DNA from: Eledone cirrhosa | Taxonomy: Eukaryota | Reading direction: 5' to 3' | Assembly (NCBI GenBank): GCA_964016885.1 | Contig: OZ024747.1 | Span: 11,284,001 to 11,348,000 of the forward strand | Length of the DNA: 64,000 bases | Part shown: piece after piece, positions 1 through 14,400 of the stretch | Position numbering within the stretch: position 1 is the stretch's first letter | Layout of the letters: each line of letters begins with the position of its first letter | The notes under the pieces: generated by a model | What the model was told of the DNA's origin: nothing | Databases searched by the model: none | Seen by the model: only the letters and a program-made list of their open reading frames with translations | Position numbers and translations under genes: made by a program

Positions 1-14
1 TTACATATCTTTGA

Positions 15-16
<2 letters not shown>

Positions 17-45
<29 letters not shown>

Positions 46-557
46 TGTATGTATGTATGTATGTATGTATGTATGTATGTATGTATGTATGTATGTATGT
101 ATGTATGTATGTATGTATGTATGTATGTATGTATGTATGTATGTATGTATGTATGTATGTATGTATGTATGTATGTATGTATGTATGTATGTATGTATGT
201 ATGTATGTATGTATGTATGTATGTATGTATGTATGTATGTATGTATGTATGTATGTATGTATGTATGTATGTATGTATGTATGTATGTATGTATGTATGT
301 ATGTATGTATGTATGTATGTATGTATGTATGTATGTATGTATGTATGTATGTATGTATGTATGTATGTATGTATGTATGTATGTATGTATGTATGTATGT
401 ATGTATGTATGTATGTATGTATGTATGTATGTATGTATGTATGTATGTATGTATGTATGTATGTATGTATGTATGTATGTATGTATGTATGTATGTATGT
501 ATGTATGTATGTATGTATGTATGTATGTATGTATGTATGTATGTATGTATGTATGTA

Positions 558-604
<47 letters not shown>
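17..604. repeat. (ATGT)n microsatellite followed by (GT)n
   Basis: Perfect tetranucleotide array of about 545 bp, then a GT run. The MYVC 'ORFs' are translation artefacts. Confidence 0.97.
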
Positions 605-610
<6 letters not shown>

Positions 611-687
611 TTGCATCTCAATAAATCGAAACAATTGTAGAAATGAATAAATTTATAAATTCATTGGTTATTGACCTGAATTGAATT

Positions 688-734
<47 letters not shown>

Positions 735-774
735 AATATATAGATATACATATGGAAGTATGTATGTGTGTGTA

Positions 775-1050
775 AATAAATGTATGTGGATGCCTGTATG
801 GTTAAGGCATTCACTTTCCAACATTGTTTCAAATTCAGTCCCAGTGTAGCACCTTTGACCAATGGCTTGTGGGTCAGTCCCACTGTAACACTTTTGGCCT
901 GTGTCTTCCACTATAGCCTCGAGTTGATCAATGTCTTGTGAGTCAGTCCCACTGAGTGCCACCTTTGGCCAGTGTCTTCCACTACAGCTGTGGGTTGACC
1001 AATACCTTTCTGACTGAGATTTGGTTGACAAAAACTGCACAGAAGCCTCA
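775..1050 (+). mobile_element. tRNA-derived SINE-like element
   Basis: Degenerate A/B-box-like head (tggttaagg...ttcagtccc) and a body that recurs in inverted orientation at about 24440-24590. Confidence 0.55.
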
Positions 1051-1249
1051 TATGTGTCATACAGGAGATATATATGTACAAAATAGCTGAACTGGTCAGT
1101 CTGATGTCACTGACTATTTCACCTATACTCTGCATGACATACATAGTGTGGTTATAGTAATATTCCTCTATAAATACATATAGATGGCTGTGTATATAGA
1201 TATATAGATACAGACATACATGTATGTATACATATATATCTATATTAAC

Positions 1250-1311
1250 TATCTGATGAGGTCACACCTATTGTAGATGCATAATACTCTGTTACTGAAA
1301 TGCGCATAATA
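1250..1311 (+). ncRNA. Minimal type-I hammerhead ribozyme motif
   Basis: Stem I TAT/ATA; CTGATGA at 1253-1259; stem II GGTCACA...TGTTACT; GAAA at 1297-1300; self-complementary stem III ATGCGCAT; predicted cleavage after AUA (1308). Confidence 0.6.
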
Positions 1312-1347
1312 AAATAATTATTTAATTACACAAGTCTTAATGTTTAG

Positions 1348-1349
<2 letters not shown>

Positions 1350-1386
<37 letters not shown>

Positions 1387-1678
1387 CATCATCACTAAAC
1401 ATCCGCTTACCCTGCTAGCAAGGGTTGGATATATATATATATGTACATATATATATGCATATATATGTACATATATATGTACATATATATATGCATATAT
1501 ATATATATATATGCATATATATATATACATATATGCATATATATATATATACACATATATACAGACATATATATATCCATATATACATGTATATAGACAT
1601 ATATATATGCAGACATATATATATCCATATATACATGTATATAGACATATATATATGCATATATACATGTATATAGAC

Positions 1679-1709
<31 letters not shown>

Positions 1710-1952
1710 CATACATACATATATATACGTATACATATGTATATAGACATATATATATATATACATATATGTATATAGACATATATGTATATAGACATAT
1801 ATATATATATACATATATATATGTATATAGACATATATATATACATATATGTATATAGACATATACATATATGTATATAGACATTTATGTATATAGACAT
1901 ATACATATATGTATATAGACATTTATGTATATAGACATTTATATATATAGAC

Positions 1953-1987
<35 letters not shown>

Positions 1988-2156
1988 CATATATATATAC
2001 ATATATATATATACATACATATATATATACATATATATACACATATATATACATACATATATATATATGCATATATATATATATATATACATACATATAT
2101 ATACATATATATATATACATATATATACATACATATATATACATATATATATATAC

Positions 2157-2203
<47 letters not shown>

Positions 2204-2480
2204 TATATACATATATATGTATATAGACATATACATGTATATAGACATATACATATATATAGACATACATATATATATATATATATATAGACATATACAT
2301 ATGTATATAGACACACACATATATATAGACATATATATATGACATATATACATGTGCATATATATATTGGTGCATATATATATGTGTGCATATATATATA
2401 TATATATACACACACACATACACATATATACACACACACACTTGTGTATATACAAACACATATTCATATACATATTTACA
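1350..2480. repeat. Degenerate (TA)n/(CATA)n low-complexity tract
   Basis: Direct inspection. The YI-rich ORFs here are artefacts. Confidence 0.95.
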
Positions 2481-3004
2481 GATTTTTACACATCATCATC
2501 ATCATCAACAACATTGCTTTTACGCCCAGTTTTCCATGCTTGGTACATCCCATGTAGTGGTTGGTATTCGACTAGTAACAATATAATACAGAGTAGTCTG
2601 TTTAGTTACATGATAGCTATGAGAGCCTCTCTAATGCTGGTACCACTATAAAATACCCCCAGTACACTCTGGAAGGTTATCTTCCTTTGAATAATAACAA
2701 TATAGTGTAAAAATAACTGTTCAGTGCCACATCAAGGACATGATAATCTCCCAAGTTTTACTACCACTATAAAATGCACCATGTGCACTCTGTAAATGTT
2801 TAGCATTAGGGAGGGCATGAGAGCTTATAGCAATAGAACATACTGAATGAAATATTGTGTTCCCAACTAATCTAGGAAGAAAGAAACTACAATTAAGTAG
2901 GGAATTGATGTTTAAAGACCTGTCCAACCCATGCCAATATGGAAAAACAGGCGTAATAAGAAGATGAAACACATTGTTAAACAGTAAACATACTGGAACA
3001 AAAC

Positions 3005-3011
<7 letters not shown>

Positions 3012-3092
<81 letters not shown>
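3012..3092. repeat. (GA)n microsatellite
   Basis: Direct inspection. Confidence 0.97.
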
Positions 3093-3095
<3 letters not shown>

Positions 3096-3168
3096 AATTT
3101 TTATATATAATATATATACAAACACACAAAAAAAAATACATACATGCATTCATACACAATCAGACAGA

Positions 3169-3219
<51 letters not shown>

Positions 3220-3575
3220 ATGTATGTATAATGTGTGCTTGAGTGTATGTAGAATGGATATATATGTATGGTATGTGTGTGTATATGTATGTGTGTTTAC
3301 ATATATATAGTCATTTGTATGTGTGTGTGTATATATATATATGTATGTATATACACACACACTTAAATAAATAAAATTTATTTGAAAGACAATCTATAGG
3401 GGGGGTAAAGTGGGAGAGGAGGAAGTGAGAGAAGAAGATGAAGATATATAGATGCTGTGGTTATGGATTGAACACACTATCCTGTGCCTTGCATCTAATC
3501 TTCATTTCAAGTCCAAACACAGCAGAATGTGTCTATGGCTATAATTGAAATCACAGTTCTGTAGTATATTGTGGC

Positions 3576-3614
3576 TCACACACAGGCCTGACTGCTGGCT
3601 GGGCTGTTGGTCAC
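3576..3614 (-). CDS. KIAA0232: Last coding exon ([12 protein letters not shown])
   Basis: Acceptor ttgtgttgtatttcag|GTG, phase 0, stop TGA at 3578-3576. Confidence 0.75.
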   Translation of the reverse strand: MTNSPASSQACV

Positions 3615-6600
3615 CTGAAATACAACACAAACAATATTTACTTTACTAAGAAACAATTGTTTTATGAAACAGTCACCAAATTTGTATGTTAACTTTTAGT
3701 AAATTACAATAGCACGTTTCACTATAAAATAGTGGACCAAGTCAGGCATATATATATAAATTCCTTGAGAAAAAAAAATGGACAGAGTTGCCTATGTCCA
3801 CTTTTTTTCCATCTCATATGCCTAACTTGTTTCACAAAGCACCCAGTCCACACTGTAAATGTGGTTGGTATTAGGAAGGGCATCCAGCCGTAGAAACCTA
3901 GCTAGAAACAGTTCTATATGAGCAGGACCCGGCCACCTGACCCAACTTGTCTCAATTGGGACAACCAGTCTAACCCATGCTAACGTGGAAATATGGGCGT
4001 TAAACGATGATGATTTATTTTATTTTATTAATTGATATACACTCTGCTTTAGATGTCATAGTATCACAACAAGCATTTGAAGGCCATTTTCCCTGTTAAA
4101 GCTGGGGTCAAACAAGTTTCTCCATTCACCTATCATCTGCATCTCCTCTCATTAAATCCTTGGCTTTTATTTCTTGGTCTTCCCCTTCCTCTATTTCTTT
4201 TCATGTAAATAGGGTGGCAGGTGGGTAAAAACATAGGTAGGTAAATAGGTGTACTTACATTAGACTGAGGTAGGAAAGACAGTTCCTTCAAGGTGCCAGC
4301 AGATGCAACGTCACAACAACTGCTGCTGCTAACTGCTGCTGCACTTTCATATATGTCTGCTGCTGCTGCTGCTGCTGCTGCTTCTGAAGTAGTGGCCGAT
4401 GTTGTTGTGGTAGTAGCAGTACTGAAACAGGTAAATAAGGTGAGAGAGATAAGAGGGGTCGATAGACAGACAGGGGAAAAGAATAAGAGAGACAGCGAGA
4501 GCAGTTCAAATCTTGCATATTGAGAAAAAAAAAGAATTTTACAGTTTACACCTCTGTTTGTTTAGCTGGTCTCTGTTATATCTCATAGGTTTCTAGGGTA
4601 TAAAATACCCAGGTGTTGGCTCTGAATACTATATTACATCAAGTATAAAAATAACAGAGGAAAGTGAAATAAATTACTCACGCATAATAGCCATGTAGAA
4701 AAGGGCAAGTGTCCCCTTTAAAACATTCACCATCCTCCCAAAACCTGCAGGTGATGCTGGAAATATCATGGGAAAACTTGCATTCAGTGCGACGGCAATT
4801 TCCCTCCAGGAAAAAGCTGCAAGGTTTCTTTAGGGACCCTAAAATTAATGAATAAAAATGAAGGTAAAAGAAAAGTAATACAAAGGCCATCACACACACA
4901 CACACACATATATATATATACATACATACACATTTATATATACAAGTATACACACATATACAGAATATATACCTTTGCAATATGCAGAAATACATCACAT
5001 GCGCATATCATCATCACCATTTAACACACACTTTCCTTGCTAGCAAGGGTTGGATGGGTCAGTACTGAAGCAGATCTACTGACCTCTCAGACAGGGCGAG
5101 GGGACTGTATCCTGCTTACAAATGATCATATCGAGTAGAGAGAAGTTATCTTTTGACACAAACTGAGGATCCACCCTGACCCCTTGTTTGGCAAGCTTTC
5201 TACAGCTGGATGCCTTCCTAACACCAATCACTTTACAGCGTGTACTGGGTATTGTGTAGCTCACCAATATCATGTTTTTATCTGATAACGACCCAACACA
5301 TACACACTTGCAGTTGAATACACACTTGATTAGAAAGACAACTCACGTGATTTTAGATGTAGTTGCTTCCCTTGGTGCAACTGTGCAGTGCTGCTGCTGT
5401 TTATGGAGGTTTCACAGTTCAACCATTCCTTCTCCAGTTCACTAGAGTAAACAGCTTCCCAAGGCAACGGTACTAACGTTTCCACGTTATCACATGACTT
5501 GTTCACATTCTGAAATGAGAAGATGGTTAAAAACAAAAAGGTTAGGGTTAGTCTGTCCAAAACCTGGAGGCTCATCAGAAGTTTCATATGGGGTATGTAA
5601 CTGAGAATACAAGACTACCCTGGACAGGAAGCCAGTCCATCACAGGGTTAAAGTCCGTCTCAAGCCCAGAGGTTTATCAAGCTGGAGCTTAAGCAACTTA
5701 GAATGCAAGACCACCTCCTGGACAGGAAGCCAGTCCATCACAGGGTTAAACTCCACCAAATGTTGCTGCTGGTATTCAATCAGCTGTATTTTAACTTGGA
5801 GAGGAATGAGTCCAGCCAGGTTTGAATGCCTAATTAACACAGAAATAACATGGTTGAATTTTTAATCCTTCTGACACCAAACTGCCTGACACCCTACATT
5901 CTGGTTCTATGATACCAAACATTTATCTAAAGAAAGGTGGCAAATTGGCAGAGTCGTTAGAACTGAGGATAGAATGATTTTCTGTATTCGTTCCGGCTCT
6001 CTACTCTCTGAATTCAAATTCCGAGTTCAACTTTGCTTTTCGTCCATTCGAGGTCAATAAAAAAAAAATACCAGTCTAGTACTGAGGTTGATTATTCCAC
6101 TATATCTCTTTCTCTCTCAATCTTTTTCTGGAAGAAATCTGCTGTGTTCTGAGAGGGATAAGCTCTGTCAACGGTATGTCAATATGGCACCCCTATGATT
6201 CCAACAGGAGTTACGGGACCATACATTTATCTACAAGCCTTCTATCGTAATTTTATGTAAGAAGATTTGTTTCAAACACCAACATAATAATGAGAATGTT
6301 AGTTATTCCTTCCAAATTCTTATTTTTCAAAATGATATCCAAGTTAAAATTGTGATGTCACATCGTTACCTCCCTTGTTTTAAGCCCCAACTTCCTTTAT
6401 TAGAACAAGTAATACATATTTGGATATTTATAAAGGAAGCGAGTGACAAGAAATATTTAGAAGACATTGGAGACAGAGTATTAACCCTTTTGATACCAAA
6501 CTGGCTCTGGTTCTATGAAATAAAACCATTCATTTTAAAATGTTATTTAATCCTTTTAATAGCAACCCGATCAAAACTGGATCTGGTACTATGAAATAAA

Positions 6601-9600
6601 ACTATCCATTTTAAAAGGTTCCTACTTAAATTAATATTTTCCAACATAATTTCAATATGGCTGTGTCAACCCTTTCAATACACGACAACATGGAAAGAAA
6701 ACATATGATGATGTTTAATTGCCTGGCAAGAGATTTGTTGTATATTTTTTATTGCATTGATAAAATATTGCCAGTACACTTTGTAAAGTGATAGGTGAGA
6801 GAAAGGGCATCCAGTTGTAGCAACCATGTCAAAAACATGGCTGAGAGGACTCTTTAGTTGACACAACAGCCTTCCCCCCTCCTAGTACTGGTGCTATGAT
6901 AAAAAGGTCTGAAGATTGATGAGAGAAAGGGCATCCAGCTGTAGAAATCATGTCAAAATCAGACTGCATTTAAGCGAGAGGTGAGCCTTGAACCCGTCAA
7001 GAAGTACTGTAGCTCTAACAAAATATAGACTCAGTTTTTGATGACCTGTCCAAACCATGCCAGCATGGAAGAAGTTAGATAATAATTATGATTAAGTATT
7101 TTGTTTGTAGAGGTCAAGAAAGTTGACCAGTTTCCCTCTCTACCTGCCTTAAGTCATCCCATAGTGATTTAACAGAAAATATCTAAATCTAGGTTTGTCA
7201 ATTTAAATGTTTATAGTATCTTTACTAGTGGACAGAGTATTGTAAAAGTTTGAGAAAACAAATTTTTAATGTTGTTTCAACAATGTTTTGCCTTCATATG
7301 ATACAGGTCACTGAGTTAGTGTAGAGAAATATCCTTTTCCTGTTTACCAAATGTTTTGTTTGGAAGTAAAAGAAATCCAATACTGAGTTGATGAAGACAG
7401 CAGGTGACAAGAAAGAGTAAGTAATACAGAATCATGTCATTGCCCATCAGATAAAAGACAACCAAATTCCTTTTAAAAATTACTTACCAGTACCAAGTTA
7501 CCGACCAAAAGTCAAAATGGATGACTTCTGTTACTGCAGAGTCTACATTAACATTATTATTATTACTGATTAAATGACAATAACTTCACAGAGTGGCGTG
7601 CCCTTTATAGTGTCACTTACAACAGGGAGGTCACCTTGATCTAAAGCAAAGTTGAGGGTGAAAATAGAAGTGGGAGGAAGGAGGTAAGACGAAATAGGGA
7701 GGGGGTTAAGATGGAATTGTATGGTGGGGTGAAACAGAAGCATAAGAGAGCAGCTGACAATACAGTAGAAGTGGGGTAGAGTTAAAACACATCTTTAGTT
7801 GTGTCAAGGACACGACAACCTCTAGTGTTGGTGACATGATATAGTAGAGTTAAGACACATCTTTAGTTGTGTCAAGGACATGACAACCTCTAGTGGAGTT
7901 AAAACATCTTCAGTTGTGTCAAGGACACAACAACCTCTAGTGTTTGTAACATGATATAAATGCTCCTAGGGCACACTGTGACAAGTCATCCAACCCATGC
8001 TATCAGGGGAAATGGGTATTAAATAGTGACAATAAAACACTCAGAAATATGGTTAAATCAAATTTGAGAGCTGAAAACTCAGAACACACCTTAGAAACTA
8101 AAACTTTTAGTAGTTCAATCAAGACTCCTCAGTAGCAACAAAAAACACTTGTTGCTGTTGTATGCCATATGTTCAATTATATAGTTGGTTATATTTGTAC
8201 ATGATAAACATTGTTTTTACTGTTATATTTTCTCGCTGTCTCACTCATTTCATTACTATATTCCTTCAAAGAAACACTTTTATTTCACTCCATTCAACCT
8301 AATTTATTGCAGTTTATTTCTTTATGGCACAACCAGCTGTATATGTTGTCTAGTTGACACAATCGGGTGTATATGTTAATAAGTTGTCATAACCAGTTGT
8401 ACATGTTAATAAGTTGTCATAACCAGTTGTACATGTTGTATAGTTGTCATAACCAGTTGTACATGTTGTCTAGTTGACATAAACAGTTGTACATGTTGTC
8501 TAGTTGACATAAACAGTTGTACATGTTGTCTAGTTGACATAAACAGTTGTACATGTTGTCTAGTTGACATAAACAGTTGTACATGTTGTCTAGTTGACAT
8601 AAACAGTTGTACATGTTGTCTAGTTGACATAAACAGTTGTACATGTTGTCTAGTTGACATAAACAGTTGTACATGTTGTCTAGTTGACATAAACAGTTGT
8701 ACATGTTGTCTAGTTGACATAAACAGTTGTACATGTTGTCTAGTTGACATAAACAGTTGTACATGTTGTCTAGTTGACATAACCAGCTGTATATGTTGTC
8801 TAGTTGACATAACCAGCTGTATATGTTGTCTAGTTGACATAACCAGCTGTATATGTTGTCTAGTTGACATAACCAGCTATATATGTTGTCTAGTTGACAT
8901 AACCAGCTATATATGTTGTCTAGTTGACATAACCAGCTATATATATGTTAATAAGTTGACATAACCAGCTGTATATGTTAATAAGTTGACATAACCAGCT
9001 ACACGTGTGTATGAGAGTGTGTTTGTCTTCATAGCTTTTGCCTTGATTTAATAGTTAGCATAGCTAGTGACGTTTGTTTATGTTCAGCACAGACAAAAGT
9101 CCTGCGGCTCAGCAGTTCGATGTACAAAGATCAGTACCTCAGGTTGGTTTTATGTAGAACATCCAGTTGTAGAATATTGCTTAAAAAAAGTTACAGCAAA
9201 CCCAAACCAATATAGAATAATGAACATAAAAATAATGATGAAACCAATGGAGAAACTAAGTCATTATACATATGGCAACACTTTAACCATTTTGTTACCA
9301 TATGTCTAATGTAAGACGGTCTGTGATTGTCAAATAAGTTTAAAAATAAAAAAAAATTGGAGACATTTACTAATATAACTTTCTCCGTATTAAGTTGGTT
9401 TGGGACTTAAAGATTCTTACATAGAATTACGATGCATAGTTTTTAAATAAATATAGCATTTTAACTCTTTTACTACCATAGTTCTAATGAAAGAACATGT
9501 CCTATAGTTTACATATAATTTTGAAAATTCCAAAAATTTAGCAATATAAATAACTTTCTCATTTTAAAGCTAGTTTGGAACAAAGGTTCTTACATAAAAT

Positions 9601-10510
9601 TATGATGGAAGGCTTTTAGATAAATATAAACACTTTAAAATATGTAGTATTGAATCAAAGAATCAGGAGTGGTGTTAGGCAGTTTGGTATGATAAGGGTT
9701 AAGCTTCTACAGAATTCAAATTTTATAGACAATAAAAAATGAAATTTACAGCCCACACCTATGTGAGTTTAGCTGGCCTCATATGTTGTATCCTATGAGG
9801 TTTCTTGGGTGTTTTATTGATAGAGGCCCCAGTTGTTACAGCCTACACCTATGTAAGTTTAACTGGCCTCCTAAGAGGATATATCTCATAAGATGTTTCT
9901 TGGGTGTTTTAATGATAGAGACCCGGCTCTTATGAAAAGTAACAAGAAATGAAGTACCATCCAGTCGTGGAATGAAAGCCACCACCTCATGATGATAAAT
10001 CCAACACTCTAAAGACTAGGTCATGTACCTTTACATTAGTTGAACAGGTCAACTAATAACACACATACACATAAAAGATATACACAGATACACACACTGT
10101 CCAGTTCTACTTCCATGGTAACCATAGATTTGTAATTTGTTGTTCATGACCCAGAACTTCTAAAGGAGTCATAGGGGCAGTTACTTCAGAATTTTAAACC
10201 TGATGGGGCCCACACCTCTCAGAGAGAGAGAAAGAGAGAATTGTAATGGTCTTTCATCTATCAACCTCAAAAGGATAAAAGGTATAGTTGACCTCAGCAG
10301 GAGAGATGAGAGCTGGAATGAATAATGCAAAGCTTTCTACCTGACATTTTAACAACTCTGATAATTCAGTGTTATAAGACAAGCACATATACGTGTGTGT
10401 GTGTATAATAAACATGTGTATATGAATATATATATATAGATAAATAAACATGTATATATATGTATGATAAATAAACATGTGTATATATCTATGTATAATA
10501 AATAAACATG

Positions 10511-10565
<55 letters not shown>

Positions 10566-10649
10566 AACATTATCTATACATATATATATAACCATGTATG
10601 TGTATATATATATAAAATAAACATTATCTATACATATATATATAACCAT

Positions 10650-10683
<34 letters not shown>

Positions 10684-11434
10684 AATAAACATTATCTATA
10701 CATAATATAAAATAAACATGTATGTATATATATATATATATATATAAAATAAACATTATCTATACATATATATATAACCATGTATGTGTATATATATATA
10801 TATATATATATAAAATAAACATTATCTATACATATATATATATATATATATATAACCATGTATGTATATATATATATAATACAGATAGATAGGTATAATA
10901 AACACAAGAAAAGCAACACAAAGAAAAGCAAATCAGGTCCTTTCTCCCAAGCTTTTAAAAGCATCAAAGGACTTTACTTACCGAAGATGTAACCTTTTTA
11001 GATGAGACTGCTAAAGTTTTATCAGTTTGAACTGGAGTCAAACTGTTTGCAGATATCTCTGTGGACTTTTGTACACAACGTGGTTCAGCCCAGCTAACTG
11101 GTTGAACCCTCTCAGTCTCACTAGTAATTACTGTGGTTGCTTTCAAATTTGAATTATTACCAGTTAAAGAGTAATCATTAAGCCAGCCTGTGAAGAAAGG
11201 TTCCTGACTATGATCACCAGCACAACTGATTGATGCTTCTGATGGAACTGTTGGCCAGTTTAATGTCACAGACATATCCCTGGCATAAGTCCAGTCTATA
11301 TGATCGGACTTTTCACCTAACCACTCACTTTCTGTCTTTTCCAATATCCTTTTACAATTTAGAGCTGATAGTTCTTCAGCCAAATTATCAATTTCAACAT
11401 TTTTACAACTGTCTTTATTTTTATTATTATCATC

Positions 11435-11472
<38 letters not shown>

Positions 11473-14400
11473 TATTTTCATTTTTTTTATAAACATTAAT
11501 ATCTTTAACATCACCCCCCATATTTTCAAGCTGGCAATTTGAATTTTCATGGAAACCTTGATTTGTAATTTTGTCAAAAGACATTTTATGTGGCTGCAGG
11601 GAAATCCAGTTTTTGGATACATTTTCCTCACTCCTGTTTCCAATTCCTTCTTCCTCAGACCAACAGCATGGTTTCTCAGAGGCTGCAAACCATGTCCTTG
11701 ATTTCCTAACAGACAATGGTGCTAGCAATGGATCAGTAGTTATATAAGACGAGGAGGAAGAGGCTAACAGAGGAGTTTCAGTCATACAGTCTTTGCTTCT
11801 CATCCAATCTTTCCTTCGCTCTGTTGAAATCTTTGGAGTACAGAAGAGTGGTCTGTTCACCCAGACATTGCTACTAATGTGTTCACTTGATACAGGACAC
11901 TGCATTAAGTTACCTTCCCACACCTCTTCACTCTTAACTGCATCCATCAAGCCCTTCCTTGTTTCCCTTGTATTTATGCCAGATGTGACACCGACATACC
12001 AGTCCACTTTATCAACCTGGATGCCATCCACTGACCAAGGCTTGTCAAGAACATTTGTCGGTGGTGAATCTTTATTTATACTACTTTCTGACTTAGGCCA
12101 CACCTGTTGATTAACTGGCACCTTATGTACAGGTGTGTCTGATGTCCAGTCAGAGCCTTCTGTGCCTGGACTATCCAACATCCAGTGCTCAGCTCCTGTA
12201 TCTCCACAGCCATCATTACTGTCCCACATTGTAGGGTTAACTGATTCTGAACTTAAAGGCAATGCCGGCTGCCAGATGTGTTCTTTTGGTGAATTCAGCC
12301 AACTATTTTGTTTTTGTTGCTGTTGCCATAATTCAGACTTAGAATAGACTAAATCTGATATGGGAGGGACCTTTGAAAGGTTACTAGTACTGCTGACTGT
12401 GCCAAATGGTGGCACAGTGCCACAGATTGGACTAGTGTCATTTGATATCACTGAAATTGGTTTACAATTCTCCTGACAGTTAGGCCATTGTTCCTCTGTG
12501 AACACATGACTGCTGATATTCAATGACGGCTTCCTCTGTGTGTTGTGTACAGCATCCGCAGTTGATGACAGCTTCCTCTGTGTGTTATGCACACCATCTA
12601 CAGTTGATGATGGTTGGGAAAACACATGAAGACAGTTGCCAGGATCCAATGCAGCAGAACTACAAGATGATGTAGAAGACGAAACAGCAATTGGCCAGGA
12701 GTCATGTGGAGCCATTGGTGTCCAGTTTATTTCAGGTACACCCACAGGTGTCCAATTTGGTATTTCATCTGACCCACGGCTCCAGGTCTTTGGATAGTGA
12801 TTTTTAGCATCAGTTGCCATTAAACCCAACATATTGGTTGAACTAGAATCAATATTGTCTCTACCCCATGGTGAAGGCGTTGAAGACGTACCAGCAGACT
12901 CTGACTGATTGTCATAACTCCAAATACTAGCTGCATTATTTATTCTACTTCTCTCCTCACAGTTACTAAACGTCCCTCCTACATTAGAAACTCCATACTG
13001 TGGAGTACAAAGTGCCATGTAACAATCAGATTCAAAACCAGTTGGTAAGGGTCTGACATCAGATGCAGTAGTGCAGTCTATAATGCTATCTTCTGAACAA
13101 ACCTCTTCAGCAAGTTTCTCAAGCTCATAGTCTATAAAACCTTCACTGGGTTGCTGACAAGGAAGGTGAAACTCTGTCGGTCTTAGTGGCTCATCAACTG
13201 GTGAACTGTGAGACATCCCAGTTTGAATGTATTTATCTGTATTTCTGTGCAGGCGAAATTTTGGCACAAACCCTGTTTTTGGATAAAAACTTTCTGCTTT
13301 GTTCTCTATGGCTTCTGTTTGGTGAAAATCTTGATAAGGTGACCGGCATTCTGGGTGACCTCCAAAGAGGTCTGGAGGCTGATAAAGAACTGGCGCCATT
13401 GTGGAAATATTTTCAGGAATGAACCTTTGGGATTTAGCATGATTTGAACCAACAGTCACCAAGAGATCAGCAGCAGCAACTGCATTGAGAGTATCCAGGC
13501 TAATTTTGTGTCCAATAGGCACCCCTGGAGGGGTTTTAATTGGCCGAAAATGTGTCCTGGGAGAGAAATATAGCATCTCATGAGGTGATATAGCTGGACT
13601 GGATTGCTGTATCAATTCCTCCTCCTCTTCTAAAGCTTTACTTTTATTGTTTTTATCATGGTCAAGCATTTGAGAAAGCTCGGCCATCACTGTATGTCTA
13701 TGTGGAATTACATCTTTGAAAGCAGAACATTCTGAAGGAATCAGTTCTGATGGTTGGAAAGGAGCCATAACAGAGGTGTGTAACATGGAAGATACAGATG
13801 ACGATACTAAACACGGAGAAGTTGATGAAACTGTTGAAGATGACATGGATGGAGAGCTTACAATGGAGACAGCAGATGAAGAAGTAGGAGGTAACATTGA
13901 AGTTTGTACTTCAGAAAAATTTTTTCCATCTTCAAGACTGGTAGTTACATCCGATTCTGGCAATTCTGAGGAATCGTGCAGTTTATCACAGCCAGAGAGA
14001 AACGGTATACTATCATCTTTAACATCAACTAAAGATAGACATTCATGTTTGGCACTGTCAATGGCTTGTGGAACAAATATGGTAGGGAAAACCTTGATAG
14101 GAACTGACAGAAGAGGCCTCTCAGGGTAAAAGTCTCTTGAGTAAGATGATAACGGAAACATAAAGCTGGAATTACTCAATGGCGAAGAGAGGAGAGGAGA
14201 GGAGAAGAAAGATGAGGATGAAGGAGGCCAGACTGTTGGTGAAGAACTGTAGAAGCTATAATAATTATAGCAGAAATAATCCCAGTTAGCAAGCTGTTTA
14301 CTACTACTGTTGTTGTTGCTGTTGTTATTGTTGGCGATGACTGCAGCAGAAGGGAAGATAGAGACCGGAGAGAAGAGTGATGTGTTATCATGGAGAAATG

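Noticed and set aside
11-2651. Many long ORFs (MYVC, YI-rich)
   Set aside because: Translations of stop-free microsatellites.
3377-3382. AATAAA on the minus strand about 200 nt after the stop codon
   Set aside because: Plausible poly(A) signal, but in AT-rich sequence it cannot be distinguished from chance.
5934-6030. tRNA genes at A/B-box-like motifs
   Set aside because: No cloverleaf; these are degenerate SINE heads attached to a repeated body.
7488-7542. Strong donor CTG|gtaagt suggesting an extra exon between exons 4 and 5
   Set aside because: No polypyrimidine acceptor, and stops occur in the required phase-0 frame. A poison exon cannot be excluded.
8406-8870. 154-aa repeat ORF ([10 protein letters not shown])n
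   Set aside because: Product of a 30-bp intronic minisatellite; no splice or domain support.
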